Notes under the pieces: model-generated
What the model saw: only the letters and a program-made list of their open reading frames with translations
Told to the model about the DNA's origin: nothing
Databases searched by the model: none
Source: Haplodiscus bocki
Lineage: Eukaryota
Assembly (NCBI GenBank): GCA_965655095.1
Contig: OZ296648.1
Span: 155,682,001 to 155,746,000 of the forward strand
Direction: 5' to 3'
Length of the DNA stretch: 64,000 bases
In this document: piece by piece, positions 53,400 to 63,472 of the stretch
Position numbering within the stretch: position 1 is the first letter of the stretch
Layout of the letters: each line of letters begins with the position of its first letter
Translations under genes and position numbers: made by a program

Positions 53400-56300
53400 T
53401 CACATGGAACGGGCTGTCTTCGTTTTCTCCTCAGTTTCTACATCGTTCGGGATTTCTTCGTAAATCGGAGGGGGTCGGTTTTTAAGCCTACTGGAGTGTC
53501 GTACTTCGGGATTTCCTCTATACGGTTTTAAGCGGTTAAAATGTACCTTTTGCCACTTTTCTTTATTTCCTCGTTTACAAATCGTGTAAGTGACCTCACT
53601 CGTTCGGCTAAGAACCTCGAAAGGACCGTGCCAAGGCAAATAAAACTTTCTGGACTTCGCCTTGTGAGGTTCGAACAACCAAACAAGGTCTCCTTCTTTA
53701 AACGGTTCGCCATGTACTTTTCTATTAAAATACTCTCTTTGTCGTCGTTGCTCGGTTCCCATAGTCATTTGCGCGTCTCTATGGATTTCGTATAAGCGTT
53801 CATTTAACTGCTCTGCGTGTTCGCCTAGCTCTAGTCTCGGGTCTCCCGGGGGTTTCGGGACAAACAAATCTATGGGGTATTGCGCTTCCCTCCCAAAAAT
53901 CATGGAGTACGGCGTCGCTCCAATCGTTCGGTGGACGGTGGTGTTATACACAAAAGTAATATAAGTCAAATACACATCCCACTCTTGTGGTTTTTCAGCA
54001 CAATATTTTGAAAGCGTATCAGCAATGACTCTATTAAATCTCTCGACCTGCCCATTTCCTTGGGGATGATACGGCGTAGTTCTTGTTTTCTCAATAATAA
54101 AAATTCGGCAAATGTCGTGCATTAATTCACTGTTAAAATTCGAACCCTGATCAGTATGAATCACGTCCGGCGCTCCGAATTTCATTATCCACTCGTCTAT
54201 TATGGCGTTTGCCACGGTCGCAGCCGTCATATCTTGTAAAGCCACCGTTACGGCGTATTTCGTAAACAAATCACTCATGACTAGGATATATCTGGCCTTA
54301 GATTTCCTAGCTAACGTTACGGGTCCCAAAATGTCTGCCGCCATAGTTCTAAACGCTCCGTGGACAGAAAAAGTTTGCAATTCCTCTTTTCGTTTAATTC
54401 CAGCGGTAGATCTAGCCGCACAACGATCACAATTAGCTATATGTTTTTCTACACTCGTTTTAAGTGAAGGCCACCAAAATCTCTGTTTTATCCTTGCTAA
54501 AGTTTTCTCGACGCCAAAATGTCCACCACTCATTGGAGAATCGTGTAACTGATACAAAATCTCATTTCTCATTTCTTTAGGAATAATCGCTTGCCAGCAT
54601 TCATTCACTCGATTACTAGGCTTCCATTTTCTATACAAAACTCCGTTAGATGTCGCAAGGTCTTCCCAATTACTCCAGAGTTCTAATGCGTCGAGGTTCC
54701 CCCAAGATTGGGCTTCCTCCTTGTAGATCGGATTCTTTCCGAAAGTACAATGCGAATCTTCTAAGTTTACACCGTATCGTTCAAGTGCACAAATAATGAT
54801 CTTAATTGTCGAGTCGGCCCGCTGCCGTTTCGCGAGTTCACTGTCGGACCTAGTCCACGAAATTCGTTCTTTTACACCTTTATTCATTAACATCTCCTCG
54901 GGAGTTACTACTGCGCAATGATTTGGTTCTCTTGAGGTGTTTTCACGAGAATGGGAGGGGATTGGATGGAAGTGTTGTTCGGCTTCGGGAGTGTATACAG
55001 TTAAAGTACAGTAGACATCTTGAAAGATCGACTCGAGACAAATAGCAACGTTCGTCCACTCTAATCGGTCATCAACAACTCCGATTCTAGGCATTGCGAA
55101 ACACGAAACGCCTTTCAACGCCGCATGCGCACTCATTTCTCTCAGACACGATTTCAAATCATCATATTTTGCAACGTCGGTATACTTTTCTTTAGTCATC
55201 AACAAGTAAATATATCTCGATTGCTCGCTGTCCCAATACACTAACATTCCTCCAACACGATTCACAGAATCTTCTGTCGGTCTTAAATGCGAATATCTAA
55301 CGACAAATTCCGTCATTGGCGACGATTTAACTCGCATGTCGCCTGAGACGCAAAAAACCAACGAACTGGACGATTCCATAAAATTTCCCGTTGCATATTT
55401 CACTACTTCTCTCGGAGGATGGGGGACTTGTATTCTAGCGTGCGCTATTACGTCCGTATCTTTCCTTTTCGAGGAACTACCGCTATTTAAATCTTCTTGA
55501 GCACCACCGAGCGCCGTCTCCATCGTCTGAAATTCCGGGATTTGTCCTCGCAACTCTTCTTCGCCTTCTTTCCATTCTGGCCTCTCATTGGGCCTTCTAC
55601 TAAGTCCGTCGGCGTTACAGTGTTTTTCTCCCGGCCTATGAACTATTCGATAATTGTATTCTTGCATCTTCTGAATCATTCGGAACGTCATTCCGTCGGC
55701 GTTTTGTCTAAATAGCCACTGAAGGCTCGCGTGATCGGTCCTGACTATACATTGCGACCCATAAATGTAAGGACGGAACCACTGCATCGCTTGTACAATA
55801 CCTAGCGCTTCTCGTTTCGTTGTGGCGTAATTTACTTCCGTCTTACTCAAAACTCTCGACTCAAAAGCTATCGGACGCTCTTCTCCATCAAATATTTGCG
55901 ACAAAACCGCACCGAGTGCCGTTTCACTTGCGTCTGTATCAATCACAAAGGGGTGGCGAAAATTCGGGAACGCTAAATTCGGAGCCTGTAACAATCTCGT
56001 TTTCAATAACTGGAACGCATCTTCGTGTTCTTTTTCCCATGTAAACTTCAATCCTTTACTAGTCAATCGGTACAAAGGTTTGGCGACTTCTGCAAAATTT
56101 TTCACAAACTTTCGATAATAATTACAAAACGCCGTGAAAGATCTCACTTGGGTCACCGTCTTCGGACGTTCCCAATCTCTGACTGCTTCTAATTTTTTCG
56201 GATCGGGTCTAATTCCTGTTTTATCCAACACATGGGCTAGATAATTCACTTGAGTTTGAAACAAATCGCACTTCTTGGGCTTCAATTTCAATCCGGCCGC

Positions 56301-57347
56301 GCGCAATTTTAGAAAAACTTTCTCTAAGTGCTCTAAGTGTTGCACCGGCGTCTCACTATAAACCAACAAATCGTCCAGGGAAATTAAAACATGCTTAAAG
56401 AGGTCTTCTTTGAAAATTTCGTTCATGAGTCGCTGAAAAGTTGCCGGTGCATTCGTCAATCCAAACGGCATTTTCACAAATTCGTACAGACCACCTTCCG
56501 GTGTACAAAAAGCGGTTTTATGTCGGTCCTTTTCTGCTACTGGCACTTGCCAATAACCACTGGCTAAATCAAGCGACGAAAAATATCCTGCGCCTTGCAA
56601 TGCGTCTATCGTTTGTCCTATCCGAGGAAGAGGATACGCGTCCTTCGTCGTTATCTCGTTTAACTTGCGATAATCTTTACACATTCTGTTCGTTCCGTCT
56701 TTCTTGGGGACCATTACAATCAGACTGCTATACGGACTTTTACTAGGGACGATTACTCCTTTATCTAACATTTCCTTGATTTCTTCTTGAACCGCAGGCA
56801 TTTTATATGGAGCAACTTTGTAGGGAGCAATTTTAAAAGGCGGGTTGTCGTTAGTGTCTATAAAACGTTCCGTCCCGATTGCAGTTCCGAGCGGATCTTT
56901 TGCCAGCGCAAAAACGTCGCGGTAATTACCAATCAAGCTAATCAACTTTTCCTTTATTCGACTATCTTGCAAGTCCGAGGCGGCTAATTCAACGATTTCA
57001 TTTACATCTTCGTCATTTTTCCCTAATACTTCGTAAGAGACAACTGGTTCTTCGATTTCGTCTTCGGTTTGGAGGACGCAAGCCCTCTCGTCGGTCGGTG
57101 GTTCTAAGCGGTCTCCTACGTATAAGGGGACTGTCGTTTCGGCTTGATCTCTTATTCGAATTTTGAGAGTTTCATTCTCAATGTCAACTTGACACTTGTT
57201 ATCGCAAAGGAATTTTAGACCAATCAACACATGTGGGTACAACTCATCTACTACAATAAATTCGTCCGTACTTTTTTGTTTTCCAAACGTTACTTCAGCT
57301 AACATTTTTCCGTCTATGGGCATCACGTTGCCTATCGGGCCTAACAC
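53400..57347 (-). CDS. pol: Pol: protease C-terminus, RT, RNase H, macrodomain insert, integrase
   Basis: RT motifs LDLASGYWQV, MPFGLTNAPATFQR and SLDD. RNase H motifs DTDAS, TKREALG, RTDHASL and NADGLSR. Integrase H...H...CDRC, ADILGP, HTDQGSNF, GQVERFNR and a GPF motif. A +1 A at ~53424 detaches the acidic C-terminal tail (53032-53403). Confidence 0.95.
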   Translation of the reverse strand: MLGPIGNVMPIDGKMLAEVTFGKQKSTDEFIVVDELYPHVLIGLKFLCDNKCQVDIENETLKIRIRDQAETTVPLYVGDRLEPPTDERACVLQTEDEIEEPVVSYEVLGKNDEDVNEIVELAASDLQDSRIKEKLISLIGNYRDVFALAKDPLGTAIGTERFIDTNDNPPFKIAPYKVAPYKMPAVQEEIKEMLDKGVIVPSKSPYSSLIVMVPKKDGTNRMCKDYRKLNEITTKDAYPLPRIGQTIDALQGAGYFSSLDLASGYWQVPVAEKDRHKTAFCTPEGGLYEFVKMPFGLTNAPATFQRLMNEIFKEDLFKHVLISLDDLLVYSETPVQHLEHLEKVFLKLRAAGLKLKPKKCDLFQTQVNYLAHVLDKTGIRPDPKKLEAVRDWERPKTVTQVRSFTAFCNYYRKFVKNFAEVAKPLYRLTSKGLKFTWEKEHEDAFQLLKTRLLQAPNLAFPNFRHPFVIDTDASETALGAVLSQIFDGEERPIAFESRVLSKTEVNYATTKREALGIVQAMQWFRPYIYGSQCIVRTDHASLQWLFRQNADGMTFRMIQKMQEYNYRIVHRPGEKHCNADGLSRRPNERPEWKEGEEELRGQIPEFQTMETALGGAQEDLNSGSSSKRKDTDVIAHARIQVPHPPREVVKYATGNFMESSSSLVFCVSGDMRVKSSPMTEFVVRYSHLRPTEDSVNRVGGMLVYWDSEQSRYIYLLMTKEKYTDVAKYDDLKSCLREMSAHAALKGVSCFAMPRIGVVDDRLEWTNVAICLESIFQDVYCTLTVYTPEAEQHFHPIPSHSRENTSREPNHCAVVTPEEMLMNKGVKERISWTRSDSELAKRQRADSTIKIIICALERYGVNLEDSHCTFGKNPIYKEEAQSWGNLDALELWSNWEDLATSNGVLYRKWKPSNRVNECWQAIIPKEMRNEILYQLHDSPMSGGHFGVEKTLARIKQRFWWPSLKTSVEKHIANCDRCAARSTAGIKRKEELQTFSVHGAFRTMAADILGPVTLARKSKARYILVMSDLFTKYAVTVALQDMTAATVANAIIDEWIMKFGAPDVIHTDQGSNFNSELMHDICRIFIIEKTRTTPYHPQGNGQVERFNRVIADTLSKYCAEKPQEWDVYLTYITFVYNTTVHRTIGATPYSMIFGREAQYPIDLFVPKPPGDPRLELGEHAEQLNERLYEIHRDAQMTMGTEQRRQREYFNRKVHGEPFKEGDLVWLFEPHKAKSRKFYLPWHGPFEVLSRTSEVTYTICKRGNKEKWQKVHFNRLKPYRGNPEVRHSSRLKNRPPPIYEEIPNDVETEEKTKTARSM
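54990..55406 (-). other. TARG1/OARD1 (Poa1p-like) macrodomain embedded in Pol
   Basis: RYIYLLMTKEK...YDDLKSCLREMSAHAALKGVSCFAMPRIGVVDDRLEWTNV...LTVYT aligns with human TARG1 RYIYYLITKKR...[40 protein letters not shown]...ITVYT. Confidence 0.9.
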
Positions 57348-57903
57348 GGTGCGGGTGCGGGTTTACGGGTTTTCCAACAAGGGACGCCATGTGGCGGCTA
57401 ATTAAACTGGTACTTGCTCCAGTGTCTACAATGGCCCAACAGGGTAGGTCCTCTACTTCGCATTTTACCCACATTCCGGGGCTTCGTCTAAAGTTTCCTG
57501 TTGCTACAACACTCGGTTCATCCGTATTTTTCGCTTCAAATACTACGGGTTCGTTTCTCTGTAGGGTCCTGAGAGATCCAGTTTCTGCGTTACTGATTTG
57601 CGTTTCAAAGGGGGGATTTCGTGCAAAGCGATTGAGAGGGGGTTCATTTTTAGGGAAAACGCCACCTGGGCCAAAATCCTCGTTCATTTGGTTCCAAGTG
57701 GTCTTATCAACGTACCTCGATCGCGGATTCCGGCCGTATCGATTCTCTGAGCTCCGCGACCTATCTCTGTTTGTTACGTGCTCTCGACCGCTAAACTGGC
57801 TAAAGTTTTGGGGCGGGTTTTCACTTAGTGTAGCAGTTGAAGAATTATAAATTTCAGGGGCGGAGGTACCTGCTACTGTAGCTCCGGCTGAACCCAGTTT
57901 AAA
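57295..57903 (-). pseudogene. pol: pol N-terminus / aspartic protease (frameshifted into RT ORF at ~57348)
   Basis: WAIVDTGASTSLIS retropepsin active site. An apparent 2-nt loss (CGT GTG TTA -> CGTGTTA) separates it from ORF 53400-57347. Confidence 0.9.
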
Positions 57904-59288
57904 TGATCGCTTTTGTTCGTTCGTTTGGGACAGTCGCGCGCAAAATGCCCTATTTCTTTACATTCATAGCATTCGGCTCTCGAGGGAGGTGGATTTTTTA
58001 AACTCACGTGACCGAACGGCTTGTTTGGAGCGAAACGGCTGTTCGTGTTCTGATGCGACTGTGGCTGCGGTTGTGTCTGTGGTAACTGCCCAGAACTGCT
58101 GCTGCGAGGACCACCAGCAACTCCCACCAACACTGTCTTCAGGTCGGTCATCGATGCGGCCATCGCTGCTGTCATCACTGCTGGCATCTGCGTCATCACT
58201 GCGGTCAGCTGCGTCAGGTTGTCATTCATGCTCTTCATCAGCTGCTGGGTAGCGTCTCCCTGCCTCGCTACCGTCGCGTCCAGCTTGTCTAGTCGATTCG
58301 CCACTGTGCCCATCGACGTCTGCAAGGCTGCAAACTTCTCCTCCACCGGACCGTGAGAGTTCGGGAAGCTGGCCCTGACCACATTGTCCTGCTCCCAGTC
58401 GTCATAAGAAAATCGCACTCTGTCTGCTCGTGTCGTCTTGTCTCGTCTCTGGTCCACATCCCTTGCATTTTTCTGGATCAATTCCAGTTCTTGTGCGCGC
58501 TGCAAAACTTCACAAAAATTACGACTTGTTTCATCTTCGTACAATTTTTGCTGGAGCCTCGAGTCAAAAAGCCCTTCTGATCACGCAGATCTTTGTCTTT
58601 CTCTTCTAACGTTTTTTCACAGAGTGCTAAGTCACCTAGGTAACGGACGCGTCTAAAGTACTCTTTTAAGCACTCATTTTCGTTCTGTCTAACTGATTTA
58701 AACTCGCTACGGGTCGCCCTAGGACTCCTATACTGTTGCATTTTTGGTTTAAGAACCTCTAACAAAGTTTCAAAAAATGGGGCCTCTTCCCCGGGTACTT
58801 TTTCGATATACTTGCGTGGAACGGTTTCGAACTCCTCCACTGCCCAGGACGTTAAACAAGCCGGTAGTGCCGCGATAGCTTGTTGATCTGTCCAGCCGTT
58901 CGCCTTTGCCACAGATTTGTAATGCTTCACCCATAACTCCCATCTGTTGAAGTCTTTCCCAGGGAATTTCTCTGGCTTGATAGGGGACTTCTCGTAAACT
59001 GCTTTCGTCTTCCGCTGCCGCACGCCCAGAGATTCTGCAAAGATAGATTCGTCACTATCAGAGCCACCTGTCGTACCCAACTCCCGAAGTCTGAACTGCA
59101 AATCTTTCATCTGCATTCTCAAATCGTGTGCTGCTCTTCTTTCTCCTTTCTCTCCCCGCATGGAAGAAAAACCAAAACCAAGTTTTTTCGATCCTGCCCT
59201 GGCATCCTCTTTGGAAACGTCTTCGAGGTTCCCACTGACACCGGGGGATTCCACTTGCTTGCAAGTCTGTTTCGTTGTCAGACGCCAT
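57873..59288 (-). pseudogene. gag: gag (capsid-like region, coiled coil, CCHC knuckle) with two frameshifts
   Basis: ATG 59288 (MASDNETDLQ). Removing a GCAA duplication at ~59255 joins ORF 58478-59254 (KPEKFPG..W..W, LRDQ). A deletion at ~58577 joins ORF 57873-58544, which ends in CYECKEIGHFARDC. Confidence 0.9.
57897..57903 (-). promoter_or_regulatory. -1 ribosomal frameshift slippery heptamer T TTA AAC (gag->pol)
   Basis: Gag codons CAT TTA AAC give X XXY YYZ just before the gag stop. The -1 frame is open from here into the protease ORF. A CGGAG...CTCCG stem lies just downstream. Confidence 0.8.
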
Positions 59289-59350
59289 AATAATCGTGAA
59301 GGGATAAGGGAAGTTTCTCAATAACGATATTGAATAAATCAAGAGTCAAT

Positions 59351-59369
59351 AGCCCACCCAGGAGCGCCA
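59351..59369 (-). promoter_or_regulatory. Primer-binding site complementary to tRNA-Asn 3' end
   Basis: Minus strand TGGCGCTCCTGGGTGGGCT lies 1 nt from the LTR. Its complement AGCCCACCCAGGAGCGCCA closely matches animal tRNA-Asn(GUU) 3' ends (...GAGCCCACCCAGGGACG-CCA type). Confidence 0.85.
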
Positions 59370-59370
59370 C

Positions 59371-62300
59371 TGTAGAATTTTCAGGAATGTAACTTCCAAC
59401 TCGATTAAACCGTAGTACCACTGTCCACGAGACGGGGGACCGGCCGAGATCCACAAAATATTTATAACTCCAAAATTAATCAAAGGGAGATTCAACTTCG
59501 GAGGCGGTGGGGTTCTTCTGCAAAGTATATGCCTAACTCTGTAATTTTTATCGTTCAACTGAGAGGGGTGTCTCGTAGCTCTTTGACTGTTAGTTACGTA
59601 AATTGAAGAAATTTAGTGTCTGGCAAAGAATGTGAATTACTTTCTCACAGACAAATTTTCTCCGTCAATAAATACACTAATAATAAGATAATAACTGTCA
59701 ACAACACAATAACTGCAGATAATATAGCTGGTTCAGACTCACACATCCAATAATATCAATTAAATACTTCAATAAATACGTTTCAGTCAATTAAACAATT
59801 AATAGCATCGAATAATTTGGAGACAATTTATTACTATAACCTTCCGTTGTTAGTCAGTAAATCTCTCACTTATAGCGGAATTGGATCGAACACCAAAACC
59901 ACGACTCACAATTAATAAACGAAGAAATTCAAGTCTCACTAGACTTTCGAGCGAAGAAATAATCGATTTCAACAGTCCCGGAGGACTGTTCAACAATACT
60001 TCTCAAAATTACGATTTCCCAACTTCAGTCCTCGACTAAGTTGAAGAAAACAACAAACGGCTTTAAGCAAAGTAGCAACTGCCCGGCAATTCAACTCACT
60101 TTCTTTTGGCCTGTAATCGTAATCGTAACTGTTCTGATCCCAGATCAAAATAACGTTTCCGTAAAAATTCCAAAGAAATCCATAACTTCAGTCCCAGACT
60201 AAATTATGATCGCTCGAAAAAATACGACGGCTTTAAGCAAAGAAGCAACTGTCTCACAGTTCACTTTCTTTCCTTTTTGGCAGCGTTCAGGGATGCTCCT
60301 TTCGCTTACGGCACTCTTGGTTTCGTATTTTTACCGCTAGGGCTATTTTCGGCCTTGTTATTATTAATCCGGTTAATCGTATCCATTAATTCATAAATTG
60401 ACCTATCAATTTTTCGCTAGTTGATTCGTTTATTTCACTTCGGTACAATAATCATCAGTTTTGGTACTACTCGGTGTTTGTTTTCTTTGCTTACATCAGT
60501 TATGATTAATTGATTTTGGTCGTATCCACTGGCAAAACGGGGGTGGTAAAAAATGAGTAAGAAAATACCTCTTCGTTTCCATTCGTTTATGTCACCATTT
60601 TGATTGACAACCTTTTTCGGCTGATGTGTCAGCTATTCTATTCGTCGCGTGTGACCAAGTACTTCCAAAATAAGTGGTTAAAATATCTTCCCTAACCATT
60701 CCCATCATAATATCCATGCAAAAATGTCCGAAAAAAGGCGTAACTTTTGTCTAAAATTCAATAATTAATTGTGTCTATCATATACGTCCTAAATATAAAA
60801 TGAGCACATCATTACACGCGGTATTCAATGTAGTTTCTGGCATTGTATACTTTGTTATAGTTATTTTCAATATTCGTCGTCGAAAAATGCGATTTTCTGA
60901 AAGTAGTCAAAATTCCATGTCCGAAAAATCGGTTTTGAGGTCATTTTTCTCAACGTATGATTTTTTTCCAGGGCGAGGGTGGTATTTTCCTGTTAGAACA
61001 TTCAAATAAGAGTATTTTAACGAAAAGATGAGCTCTCTAGCTGGTCTCAAAAAAAACTTATTCAATTTTCCGCAAAAGTACCGATTTTGGCCATTTTTGA
61101 CTACCTGGGTCCACCTTCAAAGTCGATTTTCTCAACGTACAGGCAACATTTCGGAAAATCCTTGGTCAGTTTCATGGGGGAGGTTGTTAGGAACATTTTG
61201 TTAAATTTTGGGCTTTCTATCTCTGCTGGCCTGCGGGGGGGGGTAGCCGTTTTGCAAGTCGACATTTTCCAAAATCCGTGATTTTAGCTAGCTGCAATTT
61301 TTTGGGGCGGCCATTTGTAGCTTACTATGCTTGTTCTATTGTTATTCTCCATTCCTCCTAATAATAATCTTTCAATCGCTAGTAATATGGTTGATTTCTA
61401 TTGGCTATTCGTTAACTGATAAGCGAAAAACTGCGATTTTTGACGATTTTAGGCTATTTTGGGCGTTTTTTGGCGATTTCTCACTCAGTTCTCCAAAATG
61501 ACTGAATATAATCGATTCATCTTTTCAGGGACATTAGTCCATTCAAATATCTTCCGTTTAAGACTAATACGAGCTTTTTCTGATGCGTGGTTCGCTCAGA
61601 ATAAATTTTTAACTGAAGTCAATTTGACCATTTCTGGAGTGCACTTTCTGTTTACTACAATTTTTTAAAATCTTAAATTCGTCCGATTTTGCTCATATTC
61701 CAAACTTAAGCTTTCCTATGGATATAGTTTACAATGGTGAAAATCGTTTGTCGATATCTTTTTTCATCTTCGAGAAATAAGCAAGCAAACATTGGGGAAC
61801 ATTAAAAAAACAGGTCTAATTTTGAGCAGCGAGAGCGTAAATATGCTAATACGTGGGGTGGTGGCGGCCGTGCGCGTGGCCAAAATTCATTCCAAAATCA
61901 CTTCTATTGTATTCCTTTTGTATTTATAACAATTTGTGTCCACTCCGCTTTCACTTTTAAACGCCTCCAAAGTTGCAAGTGAACTGTGAAATCACAATTG
62001 TACCATTTTCCGGAACGTAATAATGTTCGTTTTGATTTTTCAACAATTTTTAATTTTCAGAATGCGGTGAAAATCACCCAACTTGTTCGTCTTGGAATGT
62101 AGTTTTCATTGGTGGAAACCGTTTTGCTCTATTTATAATAGTCTTCGAGAAAATGGACGTCAAAGTTGGGGTTCGAATTAGACCAACTTTTGAAATTTAT
62201 ACTGCTGTTGCTTTGCTATGTTAATACACGTGACAAGGTCGTTCTAAAATAACTAATACTTGCTCCGCGGCTTGTTCACATTCCAACGTAGTGCTTATTC

Positions 62301-62551
62301 AGTTCAATATTCACTTTTCTCGTATCATTCTCACTGCTAAATTTCACTCAATTCACGTGCACTGACACAGCAAATTTCACTTTTGCAAAAATGGCAAATA
62401 TGATTGACTTATTTCCTAATTTCTGACCATCAACCTATTTTCAGCTATTAATTACGTAACTTTAAATCGCAAATGGAAGGTGCATAATATAGATCAAGGT
62501 TAAGATAATGTTAAAACAAAACAAAAAAAATTGTGTACTACAAATCCCACA
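59371..62551 (-). repeat. 5' LTR (3181 bp)
   Basis: Direct repeat of 46891-50086, followed on the minus strand by the PBS. Confidence 0.96.
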
Positions 62552-63366
62552 CTTCCTTAAGCTACTTTCTATTCACTTCCTCACGCGAGCGATCTATTTC
62601 AACCAATTAAATGCTGTTTATGAAGCGCAGGTATTGTGCATAATCGTTAAAGCGATTCTATTGATGACAGTTATTAACAAGTCCATGAAATTTGGTTATA
62701 TTTTCGAATTTACAAAACGTATGTGTTCGCTAGTGTTCGGCGGCGACTAACCGAACACAACCGAAATGAGTAAATCAAAAAGCGAAGCGACGTTTCAGAG
62801 TAAAAACCGACAGTATTAATGCATAATAGGTGAAGTAGCAATAATGGAATTTAGCGAACTTTTCGCGAGTAAGCACATCTAACCAATGAGAATTACTTAT
62901 AGCCATTGAAGATTGGTGGAAGTTCCCCCTCATAGAAGGAAAATTTGAGCTTCACGTTGAAGTGATGTCACTTTACTGAGATGCTGGCTGTAGTTTTGGT
63001 CTGCTTAAAAGAAAATAGTTGTTCTTGGATAATTAAATTTGTTTCAACTCCCGAAACCAAACCGATTTTGTTCAGAAAGCGTACCAAATTGAACCGCGAA
63101 GTTTTTTCCAAAACCGCTGAACTCTAGTGTCCGCATTCGAACTCGCAGGCCCAGTTGCCCTTAAACGCTTATAATTGGAAATTAGAAAAAGCTTTTCAAA
63201 TTTTCGTCTTGTTACAAGGCAAAATCGAAGCTTTAGTTTTATCAGAAAAAAAGTTTAAATGAGTGTAATTATGAATGTTTTATAGAACGTATGATTCTCA
63301 TTATTTTTAAAAGTTTAATTTCCTTGACAGGTGTTGTTTGCAAATTTGAATTTTGTTTCGTTTCAG

Positions 63367-63472
63367 CTCTTTTCATTTGAGCTCAGGTATGTGCATCGTC
63401 CAACTGTGGCAGAAGCGTTGAAGACTCTATTGGCTAAACGCCGACTCGAATCCGATAGCTGCATCGCAAAAA
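63367..63472 (+). CDS. ZMIZ1: ZMIZ-family coding exon 8
   Basis: Acceptor tttcgtttcag|CTC, donor AAA A|gtaaaa. Phase 0->1. LFSFELRYVHRPTVAEALKTLLAKRRLESDSCIAK aligns without gaps to ZMIZ1 [35 protein letters not shown]. Confidence 0.9.

Larger units (their letters stand above)
46891..62551 (-). mobile_element. Full-length env-bearing Ty3/Gypsy LTR retroelement (endogenous retrovirus-like), 15,661 bp, decayed copy
   Basis: Two TG...CA LTRs, perfect flanking 5-bp TSD CTTCC (46886-46890 and 62552-62556), PBS, PPT, and gag-PR-RT-RH-IN-env order on the minus strand. Confidence 0.97.

Noticed and set aside
63331-63366. Upstream acceptor (ttgacag|63331) as start of ZMIZ exon 8
   Set aside because: In frame, but it adds 12 pyrimidine-tract-encoded residues. 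The 63367 acceptor gives a gap-free match to ZMIZ1.
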